Origin: Reclinomonas americana ATCC 50394
Lineage: Eukaryota
Reading direction: 5' to 3'
NCBI GenBank assembly: GCA_048213135.1
Contig: PS015010.1
Location: forward strand, 434,001-498,000
Length of the DNA: 64,000 nt
The position numbers were made by a program, and so were the translations under genes. The first letter of the stretch is position 1, and each line of letters opens with the position of its first letter. Shown piece after piece: positions 27,778 to 36,593 of the stretch. The notes below the pieces were generated by a model, which had not been told where the DNA came from, ran no database searches, and saw only the letters and a list, made by a program, of their open reading frames with translations.

Positions 27778-29583
27778 TTATGGTTGTTGCCGTGCCCAGC
27801 TTGCTAATATGGCCGCTTGCAAGGCGCTGGGCTGGCTGATCCTGTTGATGGTAAAATCTTTTTGTTGTTTACTGCCTGCGGTAAGGCTGACTTCACGGAT
27901 TGCTCCCGCATGTTCGTAACGAATATTGATCAGGTTGCCGGGTTTGCCGGCAGCAGCCAGTTCGTCCAGAATCTTTTTTGTTACAGGCGAACCGTTTATG
28001 GCAAGCACTTTGTCCTGCCCGCGCAAACCGGCTTCCCAGGCGGGAGAGGGCCACTCTGCGTTGGTAACCAGCAGGCTGTCACCCCGCTGTCTTGTACTGA
28101 TGCCATACCAGGCACCGGGTAAGGTTTTTGCCGTAGTGTCAACCTGCAGACCTGCATAGGAAAAATATTTCGGGTAGTCTACAGCGTTAGTCGTGTTGAC
28201 GTAACTGAAGAATTCATCCAGTGATTGACCGGCAGCCCTTTCGCAAACTTCCCTGAACTCCGCCTCGGTAAACCCTCTCTGCAGTTTGCGGTAATAGGTG
28301 TGATAAAGCGTACGCATTACATCGTCGAGCGAACGCTTGTTGCCGGAGTGATGCCTGATGGCGAAGTCGAGCAGCATACCCAGCGCGGGCCCTTTATCAT
28401 AATAGGAAATGGTTTTATTCACTTCTTCGCCTGTGCGACCAAAAGGGCCATCAGACCAGGTTTCATAACTGGCCTGTACAACGGATTGGTACAGCCTGCC
28501 GGGTTTATTCTCATAATTCATAATGTTGTGCCGCAGCGCGTCAAGCAATTCATTTTCCTTCATGAGGCCCGCACGTACCAGGGCCAGGTATTCGTAATAT
28601 ACGGTTAGCCCCTCAGACACCCACAGCATACGGGTGCGGCTGCCTTTATCGTAATCGAAAGGCCCCAGTTCTATGGGGCGGATGCGTTTTACATTGTAAT
28701 GATGAAAATATTCATGTGCGATGAAACTCAGCATCCGCAGCCTTCCTTCCGGGTTAGACAGTTGTTTGCCTTCAAAACTGATGGTAGTGGAATTGAGGTG
28801 TTCTATACCACCGCGACCAGGGCCGATGGCCAGGAAAGTGTATTGGCGGTAGGGGATATGACCAATGATACCCGAGGCGCCTCTTACCACTTTTTCCAGG
28901 TCGGCCACAAATGCAGCATGATCAAAATTACCCAGCTGGTAACCAATGAAACGGTGCCTTTTTCCGTCCACCATAAAATAAGGCAGGTATTCAAGGTTCC
29001 CGATCAATATGGGACAATCGTACAGGATATCAAAATCGGGTGCAAAGAAAGTGGGTTGCTGCCCGGCGATGGAATCCAGTCCTGTAGCCACATTGCGCCA
29101 CCTGCTGTTGGGCACTATGGTAACGGTAACAGGGGTGTTGATCTTTCCTTCCGGGTATATAAAAACACCGGCGGGCACGATATAAGCCCTGTCTTCCCCG
29201 ATATAACTCTGCGCCACGAATTGCGTCTCTGCTTTTACATCATAGCTAATAGTAACGCTCTGATGACTTCCATTGGCAATAGTCCACGCGTTATCGCCGG
29301 CGGGACTCCAGGGGATGCTGTCGTTATTACCGGCGCTCACCCTGAACTGCCTTACCTGTTTGGCATAGTTCAGTAACTGGTAATAACCTGGCGTCCAGGC
29401 GGGCATTTTTAAAATGGTATTGGACGACTGCAAACCGCTGTAACGGAGCTCAACATGAAACAGGTGTTCGGAAGGGTTGTCCATGGTCACCGTAAAATGC
29501 ATGTTCGTTTTCTGAGCACGCAGTTGGACTGATACCAAAAGAAAAATTAGTAGTGTAAAATAATAAGCAGTGTTCCTGGTCAT
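27778..29583 (-). CDS. M61 family glycyl aminopeptidase with C-terminal PDZ domain
   Basis: MPAWTPG, GGIEHLNS, HEYFH, LWVSEG and ISYYDKG; PDZ SPAWEAGL..DKVLAING. Confidence 0.92.
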   Translation of the reverse strand: MTRNTAYYFTLLIFLLVSVQLRAQKTNMHFTVTMDNPSEHLFHVELRYSGLQSSNTILKMPAWTPGYYQLLNYAKQVRQFRVSAGNNDSIPWSPAGDNAWTIANGSHQSVTISYDVKAETQFVAQSYIGEDRAYIVPAGVFIYPEGKINTPVTVTIVPNSRWRNVATGLDSIAGQQPTFFAPDFDILYDCPILIGNLEYLPYFMVDGKRHRFIGYQLGNFDHAAFVADLEKVVRGASGIIGHIPYRQYTFLAIGPGRGGIEHLNSTTISFEGKQLSNPEGRLRMLSFIAHEYFHHYNVKRIRPIELGPFDYDKGSRTRMLWVSEGLTVYYEYLALVRAGLMKENELLDALRHNIMNYENKPGRLYQSVVQASYETWSDGPFGRTGEEVNKTISYYDKGPALGMLLDFAIRHHSGNKRSLDDVMRTLYHTYYRKLQRGFTEAEFREVCERAAGQSLDEFFSYVNTTNAVDYPKYFSYAGLQVDTTAKTLPGAWYGISTRQRGDSLLVTNAEWPSPAWEAGLRGQDKVLAINGSPVTKKILDELAAAGKPGNLINIRYEHAGAIREVSLTAGSKQQKDFTINRISQPSALQAAILASWARQQP

Positions 29584-29745
29584 GCAGCGGGCGCCGGGTT
29601 TTAAGAGCAGTCTGATCCAGCCGTCGCGGGACTAAGATAATTCTTTACCCGGGCAATCAGTCTCCGCTGGTGTAATTGCAGGTAAGCCAAAGGCCGTTCC
29701 TTTCGAAACGACCCTTCGCGTGTTGGTATATATTATGTTAGGGGA

Positions 29746-30396
29746 TCACTCTTTTGCTTTTTCATTCTCCCTGAATTTGGCCAGCGGGCGATGGGTGGTA
29801 TAAATGGCGGAGAACCTGATCTTTTGTTTGGCGATCTTCAGGTTATCGGCGGTTTTCAGGTCTTTCTCCACGGCATTTTTCCTGGTATCGAGCGCTTCAT
29901 ACAATAATTTAACCTCGTCCCAATCTTCACGGGAGTATACCTTTTTATTGTCTGCCACTACATCTGCAAATTTGGTGTAGGTATCCAGGATATTATCGGC
30001 AGTAACGAAATTGAAACTCATGTCTTCACCTATCCTGCCTTCGCCAAAGAGGTTGTTCCTTAACTTTTGTTTCCAGGTGAGTTCTACCACAGGTGGTTTA
30101 CTTTTTTCCACTTCGGCGGTGTATTTCGCTTTAAAGTCGTCGTACTTTTTCTTACTGTCTGCTACTTTTGTTTTTTCATCGGCAGTCAGTTCCGCTTTGT
30201 CGGCTTTCTCTTCTCTCGCCACATAACCGGTGTTGATAACGGCCCAGTTTCCTTCGCTGTAATCTTTACTGATGTTGCTTACAGAGTCAACATAATCCTG
30301 TAATTCTGTAACGGCAGGGTTTTCATTCTTTCCACCGCATGCCATAAAGCCGCTGATGAGGAGCAGGCCAATAATGCTGTTGATGATATTTTTCAT
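29746..30396 (-). CDS. Hypothetical helical lipoprotein (DUF6565-like)
   Basis: Lipobox FMAC; YSREDWDEVKLLYEALDTRKN motif. Confidence 0.7.
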   Translation of the reverse strand: MKNIINSIIGLLLISGFMACGGKNENPAVTELQDYVDSVSNISKDYSEGNWAVINTGYVAREEKADKAELTADEKTKVADSKKKYDDFKAKYTAEVEKSKPPVVELTWKQKLRNNLFGEGRIGEDMSFNFVTADNILDTYTKFADVVADNKKVYSREDWDEVKLLYEALDTRKNAVEKDLKTADNLKIAKQKIRFSAIYTTHRPLAKFRENEKAKE

Positions 30397-30430
30397 AATG
30401 ATTCGATTTTGTTAAGCTGTTAATGAGGAG

Positions 30431-30445
30431 ACAAAATTGGTGCCA
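30431..30445 (-). promoter_or_regulatory. Candidate sigma-54 -24/-12 promoter
   Basis: Minus strand TGGCAC-CAATT-TTGT versus consensus TGGCAC-N5-TTGC, 34 nt upstream of the lipoprotein ATG. Confidence 0.5.
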
Positions 30446-30520
30446 CCGGTATTTTCCCTTTTAAATACGCTACAGGTAAGGGTATGCAGCTGCGGGGATG
30501 GGTAGGAAATTCCCCAAATC

Positions 30521-30614
30521 AATGTGGCGATTTGGAAATTTGAAGATGCGGGAATTAATGATTCTCCTGCCTATGCCAATTATCAAATCATCGAATCGGC
30601 AAACGATCAAATTG
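30521..30614. repeat. Pair of oppositely oriented degenerate 8-bp arrays
   Basis: AATGTGGC/GATTTGGA/AATTTGAA (30521-30548) and AATTATCA/AATCATCG/AATCGGCA/AACGATCA (30578-30614), just past the plsX stop. Confidence 0.5.
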
Positions 30615-30616
30615 AG

Positions 30617-31567
30617 TTAGGCCTGGCCGATAAAGCTGTCTTTCATTTTTTCCAGCAGCCTGGTCTCGTGCATGCGTTGTGCAATGCGGATCATATTTTT
30701 GAAAGCGAGGGCGTGGGAGATGCCGTGACCGATGATAACGGGTTTGGCGACACCGAGTACGGGTACACCGCCATATTGCTCAAAATTGAAACGGTCGAAA
30801 TGTTCATCCTGTATGTTGCGGCGTTGTACGATATCGTAAACGCTTTCGGCCATCTTTAATACCACGTTGCCGGTGAAGCCTTCGCAAACGAGCACGTCGG
30901 CACGGCTGAGGAGTATATCGCGGCCTTCAATATTGCCGATAAAATTGATCTGGTTGTTCTCTTTCAGGAGGGGATAAGCGGCCTGTGCCAGCAGGTTGCC
31001 CTTGCCTTCTTCTTCGCCCAGGTTCACCAGTCCTACTTTTGGATTATCGAAATTGAGGATGTGCTGTGCAAAAAGCGAACCCAGTACAGCGAACTGGTTC
31101 AGGTTCTCGGGTTTGCAGTCGGCATTCAGACCTACGTCTACCAGCAGGCCCAGGGTACCGTCTTCGCGGGGTATGTAAGCGCCAATGGTAGGGCGGAGTA
31201 TACCTTCAATGGCTTTGATGCTGAAGAGGGCGCCCACCATCATGGCCCCGGTATTACCGGCGCTGATGAAAGCGTCTGTCTTTCCCGTGGCGAGTAAATG
31301 AAAGCCGACGGCTATGGAAGATTGCTGTTTTTCTTTAAGTGCTTTGGTGGGGTGCTCATTCATTTCGATCACCTGCGGTGCATGTACAATGCTGTACCTG
31401 CCGGCGGGTATGGGATAGTCGCTGAGCAAAGGTGTGATCGCGGATTCGTCTCCAATGAGGGTAAGGTGAACTTCGGCAGGGGCGTTGGCTAAGAAATCGG
31501 CTGCGCCTTTAACGGTTTCCAGCGGGGCAAAATCGCCGCCCATCATGTCCAGTCCTATATTCATCAT
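30617..31567 (-). CDS. plsX: Phosphate acyltransferase PlsX
   Basis: IGLDMMGGDFAP, SAGNTGA, NLGEEEGKG, GFTGNV and IIGHG. Confidence 0.95.
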   Translation of the reverse strand: MMNIGLDMMGGDFAPLETVKGAADFLANAPAEVHLTLIGDESAITPLLSDYPIPAGRYSIVHAPQVIEMNEHPTKALKEKQQSSIAVGFHLLATGKTDAFISAGNTGAMMVGALFSIKAIEGILRPTIGAYIPREDGTLGLLVDVGLNADCKPENLNQFAVLGSLFAQHILNFDNPKVGLVNLGEEEGKGNLLAQAAYPLLKENNQINFIGNIEGRDILLSRADVLVCEGFTGNVVLKMAESVYDIVQRRNIQDEHFDRFNFEQYGGVPVLGVAKPVIIGHGISHALAFKNMIRIAQRMHETRLLEKMKDSFIGQA

Positions 31568-31660
31568 CTGGTATTGTAGTTTGCGAATACGATCGGGGTT
31601 ACAGGGAAAACAAAAAGCCGGCCGGTGTGGCCCTGCGTTTTGCAGGAGGGCATAAATGCA

Positions 31661-31705
31661 AAAATTCTAAACCCGCAATCGTAGTACAATTTCGGATTTA
31701 GAATT
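31661..31705 (-). terminator. Terminator-like hairpin between rpmF and plsX
   Basis: Minus strand AATTCTAAATCCG...CGGGTTTAGAATT followed by TTT. Confidence 0.55.
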
Positions 31706-31723
31706 CAGAATCAGAAAAAAATA

Positions 31724-31918
31724 TTATGCTTTCAGCGGCGCTTTTTCAGCCACTAATTTTCCTTTGTAGTATAATTTTCCTTCGCTTACGTGTGCACGGT
31801 GACGTACATGCGTTTCGCCGGTTGTTTTATCAACGCTCAGGGTAGTGGCTTCCGCTTTGTAGTGAGTCCTTCTTTTAGCACTGCGTTGTTGTGAGTGGCG
31901 CCTTTTTGGATTTGGCAT
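31724..31918 (-). CDS. rpmF: 50S ribosomal protein L32 (Cys-free type)
   Basis: MPNPKRRHSQQRSAKRRTH...YYKGK; located between yceD and plsX. Confidence 0.95.
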   Translation of the reverse strand: MPNPKRRHSQQRSAKRRTHYKAEATTLSVDKTTGETHVRHRAHVSEGKLYYKGKLVAEKAPLKA

Positions 31919-31966
31919 ATCTGTAAATTTTAATTGTTATTATTAGTTGTCGCCCTGGGGCATTGT

Positions 31967-32521
31967 TTAATTTTTTCCCGCGTTCTTTTTAAACTGTTCC
32001 AGTCCCTTCCACAGATCGTTGGCTGTTTCCGATGCTTTGTTCTCCATTTCCTTCAGTTTTTCCAGCACTTCAGGGTTGCATTTGGATTTGCCGTTCTCAT
32101 CAACGCCGCACTCTTTCTGGTTGGGGAAGCTGAGCAATACAAACTCGTAGATCCAGCTGGCTACATCAATATGGCTTTCGGTCCGAGAGATGTAAAACAC
32201 ATCAGGATCCTCTTCCTGGTCATTCATTTCTTCAGGGTTCTCCACCATTTTCACCAGCACGTTGAATTCGTCCCAGATATCGATGTGTACGGGGTTGCCG
32301 CAACGATCGCAGGTAGATTCCGCCTTTCCGCCGATCTCGAATTTCAGCATCATAAAACCACTCTTTTTATCGAGCAGCATTTTGACCTTGGCTTCGATGT
32401 TGGCAAAGTCAGGATGACCTCCTTTTTCAGCAAAGAACTTATCATCCACCTCGTAATCGAACTCGTGAACTCCAGGCTTCAATCCCACGAAAGCTATCTC
32501 AAAGGCCCTCTTGTTCGCCAT
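31967..32521 (-). CDS. DUF177/YceD family protein
   Basis: ATG 32521 lies downstream of a promoter box; CDRC and WIYEFVLLSFP motifs; canonical position before rpmF. Confidence 0.9.
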   Translation of the reverse strand: MANKRAFEIAFVGLKPGVHEFDYEVDDKFFAEKGGHPDFANIEAKVKMLLDKKSGFMMLKFEIGGKAESTCDRCGNPVHIDIWDEFNVLVKMVENPEEMNDQEEDPDVFYISRTESHIDVASWIYEFVLLSFPNQKECGVDENGKSKCNPEVLEKLKEMENKASETANDLWKGLEQFKKNAGKN

Positions 32522-32542
32522 TATGGATGATTTAAAGGAGGG

Positions 32543-32550
32543 CAAAGGTA
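32543..32550 (-). promoter_or_regulatory. Bacteroidota sigma-A -7 box (TACCTTTG)
   Basis: TAnnTTTG 21 nt upstream of ATG 32521; supports the shorter yceD start. Confidence 0.55.
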
Positions 32551-32660
32551 GTACAAAATTTCGATTTATGAAGGCTGATTTCAGAATAATTGACAATTAA
32601 CGGTTTAAAAACCGGCCCGGCAGCCTTAAAAAAGGCCAATTTCGGTATTTTTAGGCCATT

Positions 32661-33755
32661 ATGAGCAGGAAACGCTTTGGGATCATCACGGGAATACTGG
32701 CAACTGTTGCGCTGCTTATCCACCTGTTCAGTACCGGCTCAGTCCGGGTTGAGCGCTGGTATAGTAACGGGATTTACCCCCGTGTAGCGGCTTTTTTCCG
32801 GGTCACTTTCGGCTGGCTGCCTTTCAGTATCGGCGATATCCTGTATGGGCTGGCGGCCCTGTGGCTGGTCTGGCGGCTGGTAAAAGGCGTCCGTGCGCTG
32901 ATCAAACGGCAGGTTACCCGCGAAAGCCTGCTGAACAGCGGCAAAAGAACGGTCATCATCCTGCTTGGCGTCTACATCATTTTCAACACTTTCTGGGGTA
33001 TCAATTACAACCGTGAAGGAATTTACCGGCAGGTGGGTGTACCGCTGGATACTTTCAGTTACGCGGAACTGCATAATGTGAGTTTTATGCTGACGGATAA
33101 ACTCAATCTTACCAAATCCTTCCTCATCCGCAATAAAGTCACCTATCCCTCCAACCGCGATCTTTTCGCCCGGGTGAAAGCGGCATATGAAAAGACGGTA
33201 AAGGTATACCCGTTTCTCGGCTATACACATGTGTCCATCAAACCATCCATCTGGAGCTGGGTGGGTAACTATACCGGCTTTACGGGTTATTATAATCCTT
33301 TTACCGGGGAGGCGCAGGTGAATACACTGGTGCCGGGACTGCTGCAGCCTTTTGTAGCCTGTCATGAAGTGGGGCACCAATTGGGGTATGCCAAGGAGAA
33401 TGAGGCCAGCGCGGTGGGTTATATCGCGGCGCTGCATTCGGGCGACAGCCTTTTACTTTATTCTACCTATTTTGAATTATTCAACGCGGCTAGACGTGAG
33501 CTGCTGCTGCGTTCTTACCTGAAGGGCGATACTACCATGCGCCAGCAGTTGTCTGAACGGCTGATACCCGAAGTGAAAGCTGATATACGGGAAGTGGCGG
33601 CTTTTTTCAGCAGGCATAAAAATCCTGTTGAACCTTTTGTGAGGCAGGGGTATGCGCTTTACCTCCGCAATAATAACCAGCCTTCGGGACTGCGTTCTTA
33701 CGATGAAGTGACGGCTTTTCTGATTGCCTGGTACCGTCGTTTCGGGAAAATATAA
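32661..33755 (+). CDS. DUF3810 family membrane protein (putative zincin)
   Basis: PFSIGD, WGINYNR, GYYNPFTGEAQVN and HEVGHQLGYAKENEA (HExxH). Confidence 0.88.
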   Translation: MSRKRFGIITGILATVALLIHLFSTGSVRVERWYSNGIYPRVAAFFRVTFGWLPFSIGDILYGLAALWLVWRLVKGVRALIKRQVTRESLLNSGKRTVIILLGVYIIFNTFWGINYNREGIYRQVGVPLDTFSYAELHNVSFMLTDKLNLTKSFLIRNKVTYPSNRDLFARVKAAYEKTVKVYPFLGYTHVSIKPSIWSWVGNYTGFTGYYNPFTGEAQVNTLVPGLLQPFVACHEVGHQLGYAKENEASAVGYIAALHSGDSLLLYSTYFELFNAARRELLLRSYLKGDTTMRQQLSERLIPEVKADIREVAAFFSRHKNPVEPFVRQGYALYLRNNNQPSGLRSYDEVTAFLIAWYRRFGKI

Positions 33756-33811
33756 ACTTTTGCCATTAAGGCGTCTCTCAACAAAAAAGACTAATCCGTT
33801 GTTTCCTTTAT

Positions 33812-34276
33812 ATGAAACTTATCATTTCCATACTGGTGCCGCTTGCTGTAGGGATGCTGTCGGGGTACCTTACCCATGATGGTGTGACCGGCTGGTATGT
33901 AACTGCCGAAAAGCCTGGCTTTAATCCGCCCAATTGGGTATTCGCCCCGGTATGGATAGTCCTGTACATCAGTATGGGAATAGCCTTATACCTGGTGTGG
34001 AAGTCCAATGCGGAAGCACGGGTTAAGAAAATGGCGGTGCTGGCATTCGCGGTTCAGCTGGCACTTAATTTCTGCTGGTCGTTTATCTTTTTCAAAATGC
34101 AGGAGCCGGGCTGGGCGCTGGTGGAGATCATCGCGCTGTGGTCGGCTATTGTATGGATGATCGTTGTGTTCACCAGGGCAAGATCTGTCACCGGTTGGAT
34201 GCTGGCGCCTTATTTATTGTGGGTGAGTTTCGCGGTACTGCTCAATTACAATATCTGGGAACTCAATAAGCATTGA
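33812..34276 (+). CDS. tspO: TspO/MBR tryptophan-rich sensory protein
   Basis: WY...KPGFNPPNWVFAPVW, QLALNFCWS and PYLLWVSFA. Confidence 0.92.
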   Translation: MKLIISILVPLAVGMLSGYLTHDGVTGWYVTAEKPGFNPPNWVFAPVWIVLYISMGIALYLVWKSNAEARVKKMAVLAFAVQLALNFCWSFIFFKMQEPGWALVEIIALWSAIVWMIVVFTRARSVTGWMLAPYLLWVSFAVLLNYNIWELNKH

Positions 34277-34282
34277 TGCGCA

Positions 34283-34819
34283 TCAGAATTTATTCTTCCA
34301 CATCATACTCTCCACCGGCCTGTTGGGCTGACCGCTGTATTTAGCATTCTTCTTCTGGTTGTATTTCACTTCGATCTCACCTTCTACGGGGAAGTAGATG
34401 AGCTGACCAATGGGCATGCCCTTATATACCCGTACGGGTTGTTTTACCGATATCTCCAATGTCCAGTTGCCGCAAAAGCCCACATCACCTTTACCGGCTG
34501 TGGCATGAATGTCGATGCCCAGGCGCCCCGTGCTCGATTTACCTTCCAGGAAAGGAACATGCGCATGGGTTTCTGTGTATTCTTCCGTTACGCCCAGGTA
34601 AAATTCGTGGGGCTGCAGTACAATGCCTTCGTCGGGAATGTCGAAATGCTCAATGGTGTTGTGTTTTTTCGCGTCGAGTTCTTTATTTACGTAACGGGCC
34701 AGGTGCGGTCCCAGGTGCACATCGTAACTGTTGCTGCCCAGGCATTCGCGGTCGTATGGCGTTATTTTGATGGTGCCTTTTTCTATTTCTTCGAGTATCC
34801 TTTTATCACTTAAGATCAT
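34283..34819 (-). CDS. dcd: dCTP deaminase
   Basis: MILSD, SYDVHLG, EGKSSTGRLG and GNWTLE. Confidence 0.93.
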   Translation of the reverse strand: MILSDKRILEEIEKGTIKITPYDRECLGSNSYDVHLGPHLARYVNKELDAKKHNTIEHFDIPDEGIVLQPHEFYLGVTEEYTETHAHVPFLEGKSSTGRLGIDIHATAGKGDVGFCGNWTLEISVKQPVRVYKGMPIGQLIYFPVEGEIEVKYNQKKNAKYSGQPNRPVESMMWKNKF

Positions 34820-34870
34820 GTAAAAAAGTTGATGCGTTACGGGTTAATCGTTTAATTTGTGTAAGGTATG

Positions 34871-34878
34871 CAAATCTA
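34871..34878 (-). promoter_or_regulatory. Bacteroidota sigma-A -7 box (TAGATTTG)
   Basis: TAnnTTTG upstream of dcd. Confidence 0.45.
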
Positions 34879-34916
34879 GAATCCCGGGACAAAAATCTCA
34901 AATCCATTAAGGGCTT

Positions 34917-35528
34917 ATGCCGCTGGTTTATCAACAAAATATCAACGCCGGAACGAGGCTGGGGGTATGGCATATCGCCGAACCGGAAAATTTTTTCCTG
35001 GAACGGGTGCCCCTGCAGCAATCGATCACGCACCCGCACAAACGGCTGCAGCACCTGGCGGGGCGGTGGTTACTGAAAGAATTGTATCCTGACTTTCCGC
35101 TGGAGCTGATCCGTATTGCCGATACCCGTAAACCATTTTTGGAGAATGAGCCATTTCATTTTTCCATATCGCATTGCGGCGATTACGCTGCTGTTATTGT
35201 AAGCCGTACCAACAGGGTGGGTGTTGATATTGAACAGGTGAAAGAAAAAATAACCAATATCCTGCACAAATTCCTGGTACCGGAAGAACAGTTCCTTTTA
35301 CCGCGGGGCAGCATCACACCAACGGCAACCCTTTGCTGGAGCATCAAGGAAGCGGTATTCAAATGGTATGGTGCCGGGCAGGTCGATTTCAGAGAACACA
35401 TACGTATACACGCTATAGACGAAGAAAAAGGAACGGTAAAAGTCAGTTTTTTGAAAGACGGCGACACCGGCCTTCTTGCCCGTTATATCTTTTTCAACGG
35501 TAACAGCCTCTCCTGGATATTAAGCTGA
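34917..35528 (+). CDS. 4'-phosphopantetheinyl transferase (Sfp-type)
   Basis: KPFL, FSISH, VGVDIE and WSIKEAVFK. Confidence 0.9.
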   Translation: MPLVYQQNINAGTRLGVWHIAEPENFFLERVPLQQSITHPHKRLQHLAGRWLLKELYPDFPLELIRIADTRKPFLENEPFHFSISHCGDYAAVIVSRTNRVGVDIEQVKEKITNILHKFLVPEEQFLLPRGSITPTATLCWSIKEAVFKWYGAGQVDFREHIRIHAIDEEKGTVKVSFLKDGDTGLLARYIFFNGNSLSWILS

Positions 35529-36590
35529 AGTACCCAGCGGATGCTGGTTCAGCACTTCACCCATGGCGGCATATAAGGAAGGATACAGTGCCCGCAACTC
35601 TTCGGGTTTTTCAAAAAAGAGTTCAACGCTCTCCGCCCAGAATTCCTGGAAATTTGTCATGGCATATTCGCTGTACAACCCCGGATCGGTGATCATTTCG
35701 GTATCATACACTTTGTTGCCATGTCCTGAGAAGCCATCAAAATTATCACGGAAGTGGCGGTCGGCGTACTGCTCTACCACGAAGGTCTGGTAATGCAGGG
35801 CGTGGGCCATTTCATGCAGCCCTACATTTTTCCCGTCGGCAGGCGATTGCAATCCCTCTATAAAATGTTTCCACGAAAGATTGATGCGGTGACCCGACAC
35901 ATTGCCTTCCAGGAAACAGATCACAGGCTCCACCCGCATAAACTCCTGCGGGTAAATATGAATTTCATCGAAATGGGGAAGCAGGTATCTTTTCAGTCCG
36001 AAAGTAAGCTGCACCGCTGTGGCGCTGATGAGCAACGGCATTTCCAGGAAGGGCTGGTTTGAATAAATGACGAACACTTTATTATCGATGAACCTGAGCA
36101 TCCGGTTGATGAAACGGGTTTGCCCGGCTTCATCCAGCCGGTTATAATAAGGGAAGTGTTTGGTAAGCGACTGGTGGCAGTATTGTCCCGACAGGTTAAG
36201 GGAAGAACCATGATAGCGATGCCGGGCGATTCTTTCCACTCCGTCATCATCCGGGTACAGTGCGGCGGCACGTGCGCTTCTTTCTTCATCCTCTGCTTCG
36301 CGTTCACGAATGGCGAGCCAGCCAATGATGATAAGAATGATCATGAATGGTAACACCAGTCCCATTCCCGGTGTATACGGCGGGTCTTCAACAAGGGTTG
36401 AATGCGACCGGTCATATACAGCATGGTAGATGCTGTCAATGATGTGGTTTTCGAACTGCGTATCTGCCGGGGTAGTTACACCTTCCCTGTCAATAGTAAA
36501 AGTGGTCACTTCGTTGCCGCCGGAGCTGGTCTTTACCGTTGTGGTCTTATTACTGAGCGAGTAAATATAGTATGTGGTATCGAAGGGCAT
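35520..36590 (-). CDS. Zinc-dependent peptidase, M90/MtfA-like, with N-terminal extension and TM helix
   Basis: ISATAVQLTFG, NVGLHEMAHAL and YAMTNFQEFWAESVELFFEKP. Confidence 0.82.
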   Translation of the reverse strand: MPFDTTYYIYSLSNKTTTVKTSSGGNEVTTFTIDREGVTTPADTQFENHIIDSIYHAVYDRSHSTLVEDPPYTPGMGLVLPFMIILIIIGWLAIREREAEDEERSARAAALYPDDDGVERIARHRYHGSSLNLSGQYCHQSLTKHFPYYNRLDEAGQTRFINRMLRFIDNKVFVIYSNQPFLEMPLLISATAVQLTFGLKRYLLPHFDEIHIYPQEFMRVEPVICFLEGNVSGHRINLSWKHFIEGLQSPADGKNVGLHEMAHALHYQTFVVEQYADRHFRDNFDGFSGHGNKVYDTEMITDPGLYSEYAMTNFQEFWAESVELFFEKPEELRALYPSLYAAMGEVLNQHPLGTSA

Positions 36591-36593
36591 GGA

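Noticed and set aside
31724..31918. Cys-free L32 as a zinc-starvation paralogue
   Set aside because: It sits in the canonical yceD-rpmF-plsX operon, so it is the primary copy.
34917..35528. PPTase as a marker of an NRPS/PKS cluster
   Set aside because: No carrier-protein or synthase genes are in the window; it is probably the housekeeping ACP-activating enzyme.
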